Assembly (NCBI GenBank): GCA_009776725.1 | Contig: WRNE01000006.1 | Coordinates: 1,109-65,108, forward strand | Direction: 5' to 3' | From: Coriobacteriia bacterium | Lineage (GTDB): Bacteria; Actinomycetota; Coriobacteriia; Coriobacteriales; UBA8131 | Length of the DNA stretch: 64,000 bases | In this document: piece by piece, positions 58,888 to 64,000 of the stretch | Numbering within the stretch: the first letter of the stretch is position 1 | Layout: the number at the start of each line of letters is the position of its first letter | Notes under the pieces: model-generated | Database searches by the model: none | The model's input: only the letters and a program-made list of their open reading frames with translations | Told to the model about the DNA's origin: nothing | Program-made: the position numbers and the translations under genes

Positions 58888-59088
58888 GCTTAAGTGGTTG
58901 TCTAAGCTGCATATCTGCACTCACATGCCAACTAGGGCAAGTTTGGCCTTGTGCGAGCCCGTTCGTAAGTGGTTTTAGGTTATTGAATTCTCATATCGCG
59001 AGATAGAAGGGGTGCGGTATAATTTCGCTAGTATAGTGTTAACAGGTGCTCAAAAAACGCAGTTAGCCCTCACGAAACGGGATTGAAT

Positions 59089-59805
59089 ATGGATGAAAGC
59101 ACGAATAATTCACTTAACGAAGAAAACGAGTTAGATACGCCAGTGTCTGACGGCCGAGTGGACGATTCATCCCAAACCGTACTCGATATTGACGACTCAG
59201 GGCAAGAAGACCCAAAAAACACTGGGGATATCGATATGTCTTTAATCGAGGAGGAGGATACATCCAAGGCTGCCCTCTCTTCAACGCTTGTCCCAAACTC
59301 GTCAGCTACCTCAACGAACGGCTTTAACGCAGAAGCTGGCAACAGCGAGACTGGCGAAAAGGGAATATCGATCATCGCCCGTGAGGCCACAGTGCTCGGA
59401 GACATCATAACCGAAGGCCATATTGACATTATCGGTAAGGTCCGAGGAAATATTGCAGCTCAGGGAGATGTTGCGATACATGGTCAGGTGAGAGGGAATA
59501 TCGATGGCGAAAAAATCGGGCTCTATAACAGCCGTGTCAAAGGCAACTTAAAAGCCGGACAGGGCGTTATAGTCAACGATACTTCGATTATCGATGGTGA
59601 CGTAACAACGAAGAATATAATTTTCGACGGAAAAGTCCGAGGTAATATTGCTGCAGATAATGTGGTAGTTTTTCGTAGTCACTCCTATTGTCTGGGCGAT
59701 GTTACTGCAGCTTCGATTGCTGTCGAGCCTGGTGCTGTGATCAATGGTACAGTTCGCACGATAATCGAAGGAGACCTTGAAGCACCCTTCGAAGAAATTA
59801 TCTGA
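59089..59805 (+). CDS. Bactofilin (polymer-forming cytoskeletal protein) with extended beta-helix and acidic N-terminal tail
   Basis: SIIA..ATVLGDI.TEG.I.I.GKV.GNI, repeated V.GN(I/L) windings, and a C-terminal GDV.AASIAVEPGA.ING. Confidence 0.9.
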   Translation: MDESTNNSLNEENELDTPVSDGRVDDSSQTVLDIDDSGQEDPKNTGDIDMSLIEEEDTSKAALSSTLVPNSSATSTNGFNAEAGNSETGEKGISIIAREATVLGDIITEGHIDIIGKVRGNIAAQGDVAIHGQVRGNIDGEKIGLYNSRVKGNLKAGQGVIVNDTSIIDGDVTTKNIIFDGKVRGNIAADNVVVFRSHSYCLGDVTAASIAVEPGAVINGTVRTIIEGDLEAPFEEII

Positions 59806-59830
59806 CTAAACTCTTAGGTAGGTGCCGATT

Positions 59831-62800
59831 GTGGAGGAGAGACAACTACCGAACGATTCTGACCCCAATGCCACAGACAACGAGCTGATTGATCAGGATG
59901 CGTTCAGTATAGGTGAAATAGATAAGCTTGACGAGCAGATCCATAGCAGCATCTCGAGCGTGTTGGAGGGGGTCTCCCCCCTGATCACGATTGACAGCTT
60001 TCCTACACAGACTGCTACGAGGCCTGCTGCCATACAGTCAGGCGCCCCCGGGCCAGAAGTGGGCCTAACAGGCCTAAACGATACCTCGCAAGCAAGTTTT
60101 CAAGCTTATGTGGAGAAGGACGAGCCGCTCTTGCCAATCGAGACAGAAGCGCTTAACGTACCTGGCCGGCTTGACGAGAACACCAGCCCCCTAGGCCAAG
60201 CCCCTGGCACTGTCAGCCTGACAAACGCGCCTATGCCGTCTGTCGATGTGCCTGACGTAGGCGTAAGCGACAGCGCACTACAGGCTGTAAGGCAAGTGCC
60301 CGCAGCCCAAGCGCCTGCAATGCAGGTGCCTGCCCCCGCGCCCGCAGCCCAAGCGTCTGCCCCCGCGCCATCTGCCCAAGCTGGCGGCTTGCAAGATGCC
60401 CCGACAGCACCAAACCAAACAACGCAATTCGGGCTTCAGTTTGACCCTGAAATAGGCGGAATGAGGTTGGTGTCGGTGAAACCGCCTGACACAACAGCCC
60501 TGGTAAACGAGCAGGCTGCTACGAGCGTAGCTTATCAGCAACCATATATAGAGCCGCAGGCCTCGGTTGCAGCGAGCACCTTGTCCAGCCGCTTGACTCA
60601 GATCTCTGACATGGTTGCAGCTGAGAAGCTGGCTGAAGAGAGGGCAGCTGCCGAAGCGGCAAGACGTGAGGCCGAACGCTTAGAAGCCGAACGCATCGCT
60701 GCTGAACGGGCAGCCGAAGAAGCTGCCAGGCAGGAAGCAATCAGAATAGAAGCCGAGCGAATTGTTGCCGAACGTGCAGCAGTGATGGAGGCAGCCCGTC
60801 TGGAAGCAGCCCGTCTGGAGGCTGAGCAGGCAGCAGCAGAAGCCGCTAGGCTGGAGGCTGCAAGGCTTGAGGAAGAACGAATCGCTGCCGAACGTGCAGC
60901 AGTGATGGAGGCTGCCCGCCTAGAAGCCGAGCGTATCGAGGCTGAGCAAGCGGCAGCAGTAGCCGCCTTACGGGAAGCAGAGCGTCTCGAAGCCGACCGC
61001 ATTGCTGCTGAACGAGCAGCTGCCGAGCGCGCCGCCAGGCTGGAAGCCGAGCGCATAGCCACCGAGCGCGCCGCAGCCGAAGAGCTTATCAAGCTTGAGT
61101 CAGACCGGATTGATGCTGAAAAAACCGCTGCCGAGGCAGCCAGGATGGAAGCCGAGCGCATCGCTGCTGAAAGAGATGCAGCAGAAGCAGCAGCCCAGCT
61201 TGAGGCTGAGCGGATGTCTGCTGCCCGCCTTACTGCCGAGACCGAAGCCAAGAGGCTGGTTGAAGAGCTGCAAGCAGCTGAGAATGCACGCTTAGAGGCC
61301 GAAAGAAGTGCTGCACAAGAAACTGAGAGGCTGGAAGCCGCTAGGCTTGAAGCCTTGCGCATAGCAAGTGAAAGAGCCCGGGCAGAAGAAGAGGCGAAAC
61401 AAGAGTTCGAGCGTGTAGCCAATGAAAGGGCTGCCATTGAGGCTGCCCGAGTAGAAGCAGAGCAGATAGAAGCCGAGAGGATAGCAGCCGAGAGGATAGC
61501 TGCTGAAAAAGCAGCGAGCATCGAGGCTGAGCTGATAGCTGCTGAGCAGGCTGCTGCCGAAGTACAAAGAATTGGGGCTGAACGCCAAGAAACCGAGCGC
61601 TTAGCAACGATTGAGGCAGCAAGGCTTACAGCCGAGCGTATCCAAGCAGAGAAAATCGTAGCTGAAGAAGCAGCCAAGCTTGCTGAGACAAAGCAAGAAG
61701 CAGAACGTCTGGCAGCAGAGAGGGCGGCAGCTGAAGAAGCCCGCTTAGCAGAAGCCGAGACACGAGCTACAGAAGAAGCAGCCAGGCTGGAGGCGATTCG
61801 ACTAGAAGCGGAGCAACTTGCCGCTGAAGAAGCTGCCAAGCTAGAGGAGATTCGAACAAAGGCAGAAGCCCTTGCTTTCGAGGAAGCAGAAAAAATCGAG
61901 ACCGCCCGCATAGCTGCCGAGGCTAAAGCCGCTGAAGAAGCAGCCAGGCTGGAAGCAGTCCGGCTGGAGGCTGAAAGGCTTGCCCAGGATGAAGCGAACA
62001 GGATTGAAAATGCAAGGCTTGCTGCCGAGGCGAAAGCCGCTGAAGAAGTAGCAAAGCTAGCAATAGAGAAAGACGCTGCTGAAAAAGCTGCAGCCGAAAG
62101 GGCCAGGCTTGAGTCAGAGAGGCTCGAAGCAGAGAGAATAGCTGAAGAAGAAGCCGTCTTGCTTGAAGCCGCAAAGCTTGAAGCAGACCGTATTGCCCAA
62201 GAACGGGCAGCTGCTGAAGAAGCAGCTAGGCTCAATGCTGTCGAGACTGCTAATCTAGAAGCAGAGAAAGAGGCTGCGGAGAAGGCCACGGCTGAAAGGG
62301 CCAGGCTTGAGGCAATTAGGCTTGAAGCAGAGCGTTTGGCTGAAGAGGAAAATGCCAAACTTGAAGAAATAAAGCTGGAGACGGAAAGAATCAATGCCGA
62401 GCGTTCAGCAGCTACGGAAGCAGCCAGGCTGGCAGCCGAACAAGCTGCTTATGAGGAAGCTGCAAGAATAGCTGCTGTAGAGGAAGCTGCCAGATTGGCG
62501 GCTGAACAAGCAGAAGCAGAGATGTCTGCAAGAATCGAGGCTGAACGAATAGCTGCCGAAGAAGCCTCCAGGCTCGAAACCCTAAGGGTAGAAGCTGAAA
62601 AGCGAGCTGCCGAAGAAGCCTCCAGGCTAGAGGCAGTCAGGGCCGAGGCGGAACGCACCGCCGCCGAAGAGGCTTCCAGGCTAGAGGCTGTCAGGGCCGA
62701 AGCAGAGCGCACTGCTGCAGAAGAGGCTTCCAGGCTAGAGGCTGTCAGGGCCGAGGCAGAGCGCACTGCTGCAGAAGAGGCGGCTAGGCTTGAAACAGTG

Positions 62801-64000
62801 CGGACAGAGGCAGAGCAAAGGGCAGCCGAAGAGGCTGCGCGTATTGAGGCCGTCCGGTTAGAGACCGAGGCCAGAGCTGCTGAAGAAATAGCCAGGCTAG
62901 AAACCCTTAGAACAGAAGCAGAGCAAAAAGCCGCCGAAGAGGCAGCCCGAATCGAAGCAGTCAGGATTGAAGCTGAAAGGGTAGCATTCGAGGAAGCAGC
63001 CAGGCTTGAGGCTGTAAGAATCGAGGCCGAAGAACGGGCGGCAGAAGAAAACGCTAGATTGCTTGCAGAAAAAGAGGCAGCCCAAAAAGCTGCACAAGAA
63101 AGAAGCCGGCTGGAAGCAGAGCGTTTAGAAGCTGAGCGGATAGCCGAGGAAGAAGCAATAAAACTCATTGCTGCTAAAACCGAAGCAGACCGTATTGCCT
63201 TGGAAAGGGCAGTTGCTGAAGAAACGGCACGTGTTGCTGCTGAGGAAAGAGCAGCTCAAGAAGCTAGCCGAATCGAGGCTGACCGGTTAGCGGCTGAAAA
63301 AGCAAACAATGAGGCCTTAAGGCTTGAGGCCATAAGGCTGGAGGCTGAAAAAGCCGCTGAGCTGGAGGCTAACAGGATCGCCGAGCAGAAAGCCGCTGCC
63401 GAGGCCGAGGCAAGAAGGCTGGAGGCTGAAAAAGCCGCTGCCGAAGCCGAGGTTAGGAAGCTTGAAGAAGAAAGAGCGCTTGCCCAAGCTGCTGAGACTT
63501 CAAGGATCGCTGCCGAGCTCGCTGCTGTCCGAGCGGCTGCCGAAGAGGCGGCACGTCTTGAGGCAGAACGCATAGAGACTGAGAGGATCGCCGCTGAAGA
63601 AGCAGCAAAGCTGGAAGCAGCACGGGAAGAAGCAGAAAGGATTGCTGCTGCCCGTATAGAAGCCGAGGAGGCTGCAAAGGCAGAGGCAAGCAAGAGGATA
63701 ACTGCTGAGGCTGCTAGAATCGAAGCAGAGAGAATAGCTGCAGAGCAGGCAGCCGAGGCTGAAACCAAAAGAGCAGACGAAGAAAAAGCTGCGAACGAGG
63801 CAGCAGAAACTGTCCGGATAGCAGCTGAATTGGCAGCTGCCAGAGCTGCTGCCCAAGAAGCCGAACGACTGGAAGCCGAAAGGTCGTTGGCTCCGGATAC
63901 GCTTAGAGTAGAAGCCGAGCGCCAGGCTGCCGAAGCCGCTGCTCTTGAAGCTGAGCGCCAGGCCGCCGAAGCCGCTGCTCTCGAAGCCGAACGCCAAGCA
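59831..64000 (+). CDS. Giant Ala/Glu/Arg-rich helical (coiled-coil/SAH-like) protein, at least 1390 aa, 3'-truncated
   Basis: GTG at 59831, 25 bp after the bactofilin stop. Segments translated by hand (start, 62552-63037 and end) are all in the same frame. The track reports no closed ORF in this frame, which is consistent with the ORF running off the window. Confidence 0.88.
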   Translation, partial: MEERQLPNDSDPNATDNELIDQDAFSIGEIDKLDEQIHSSISSVLEGVSPLITIDSFPTQTATRPAAIQSGAPGPEVGLTGLNDTSQASFQAYVEKDEPLLPIETEALNVPGRLDENTSPLGQAPGTVSLTNAPMPSVDVPDVGVSDSALQAVRQVPAAQAPAMQVPAPAPAAQASAPAPSAQAGGLQDAPTAPNQTTQFGLQFDPEIGGMRLVSVKPPDTTALVNEQAATSVAYQQPYIEPQASVAASTLSSRLTQISDMVAAEKLAEERAAAEAARREAERLEAERIAAERAAEEAARQEAIRIEAERIVAERAAVMEAARLEAARLEAEQAAAEAARLEAARLEEERIAAERAAVMEAARLEAERIEAEQAAAVAALREAERLEADRIAAERAAAERAARLEAERIATERAAAEELIKLESDRIDAEKTAAEAARMEAERIAAERDAAEAAAQLEAERMSAARLTAETEAKRLVEELQAAENARLEAERSAAQETERLEAARLEALRIASERARAEEEAKQEFERVANERAAIEAARVEAEQIEAERIAAERIAAEKAASIEAELIAAEQAAAEVQRIGAERQETERLATIEAARLTAERIQAEKIVAEEAAKLAETKQEAERLAAERAAAEEARLAEAETRATEEAARLEAIRLEAEQLAAEEAAKLEEIRTKAEALAFEEAEKIETARIAAEAKAAEEAARLEAVRLEAERLAQDEANRIENARLAAEAKAAEEVAKLAIEKDAAEKAAAERARLESERLEAERIAEEEAVLLEAAKLEADRIAQERAAAEEAARLNAVETANLEAEKEAAEKATAERARLEAIRLEAERLAEEENAKLEEIKLETERINAERSAATEAARLAAEQAAYEEAARIAAVEEAARLAAEQAEAEMSARIEAERIAAEEASRLETLRVEAEKRAAEEASRLEAVRAEAERTAAEEASRLEAVRAEAERTAAEEASRLEAVRAEAERTAAEEAARLETVRTEAEQRAAEEAARIEAVRLETEARAAEEIARLETLRTEAEQKAAEEAARIEAVRIEAERVAFEEAARLEAVRIEAEERAAEENARLLAEKEAAQKAAQERSRLEAERLEAERIAEEEAIKLIAAKTEADRIALERAVAEETARVAAEERAAQEASRIEADRLAAEKANNEALRLEAIRLEAEKAAELEANRIAEQKAAAEAEARRLEAEKAAAEAEVRKLEEERALAQAAETSRIAAELAAVRAAAEEAARLEAERIETERIAAEEAAKLEAAREEAERIAAARIEAEEAAKAEASKRITAEAARIEAERIAAEQAAEAETKRADEEKAANEAAETVRIAAELAAARAAAQEAERLEAERSLAPDTLRVEAERQAAEAAALEAERQAAEAAALEAERQA
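62552..63037 (+). repeat. Nine tandem 54-bp (18-aa) coding repeats, consensus AAEEA(S/A)RLEAVRxEAExx
   Basis: Hand translation gives three identical [18 protein letters not shown] units flanked by six variant units. Confidence 0.92.
63911..64000 (+). repeat. 36-bp (12-aa [12 protein letters not shown]) coding repeat running off the window
   Basis: Two and a half near-identical copies are visible. Confidence 0.85.

Noticed and set aside
62552-63037. 54-bp tandem array as a possible CRISPR array
   Set aside because: The units are contiguous, in frame and vary at synonymous sites. There are no unique spacers and no cas genes.
60231-63997. Long minus-strand Ser/Ala-rich ORFs (60598-62394, 62449-63168, 63256-63768 and others)
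   Set aside because: They are antisense shadows of the plus-strand GAA/GCN/AGG-rich giant ORF, with no RBS or recognisable domain.

Overview
A gene-dense, phage-free chromosomal window of moderate GC. The gene content and protein style suggest an anaerobic monoderm of class Coriobacteriia (Actinomycetota), but this is an inference and no database search was run. From left to right: (1) the 3' end of a giant repetitive surface protein ending in an unusual three-helix membrane anchor; (2) a superoxide reductase; (3) a rearranged core block (DUF177, rpsB-tsf, dnaG-rpoD, rpsP-khpA-rimM-trmD-lepB, a fused glyQS, ppsR, membrane pyrophosphatase hppA, secG-tRNA-Leu); (4) a divergent corrinoid protein / ASKHA activator / DUF2284 module; (5) trxA-orf-nikR-hypFCDE with two candidate NikR operators; (6) a ferredoxin; (7) a 14-gene Tad/Flp pilus locus; (8) tRNA-Val and tRNA-Asp with lipoprotein genes; (9) a complete pstSCAB-phoU-phoBR operon with Pho-box-like repeats; (10) an L,D-transpeptidase, a bactofilin and a >1390-aa Ala/Glu/Arg helical protein with 18-residue repeats. 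That last ORF is missing from the supplied ORF track because it runs off the window, and together with the bactofilin it is the best candidate for an undescribed cytoskeletal or cell-shape system. No CRISPR array, integrase, transposase or reverse transcriptase was seen. Family calls come from recalled motifs and gene context, and some start codons were adjusted by eye.
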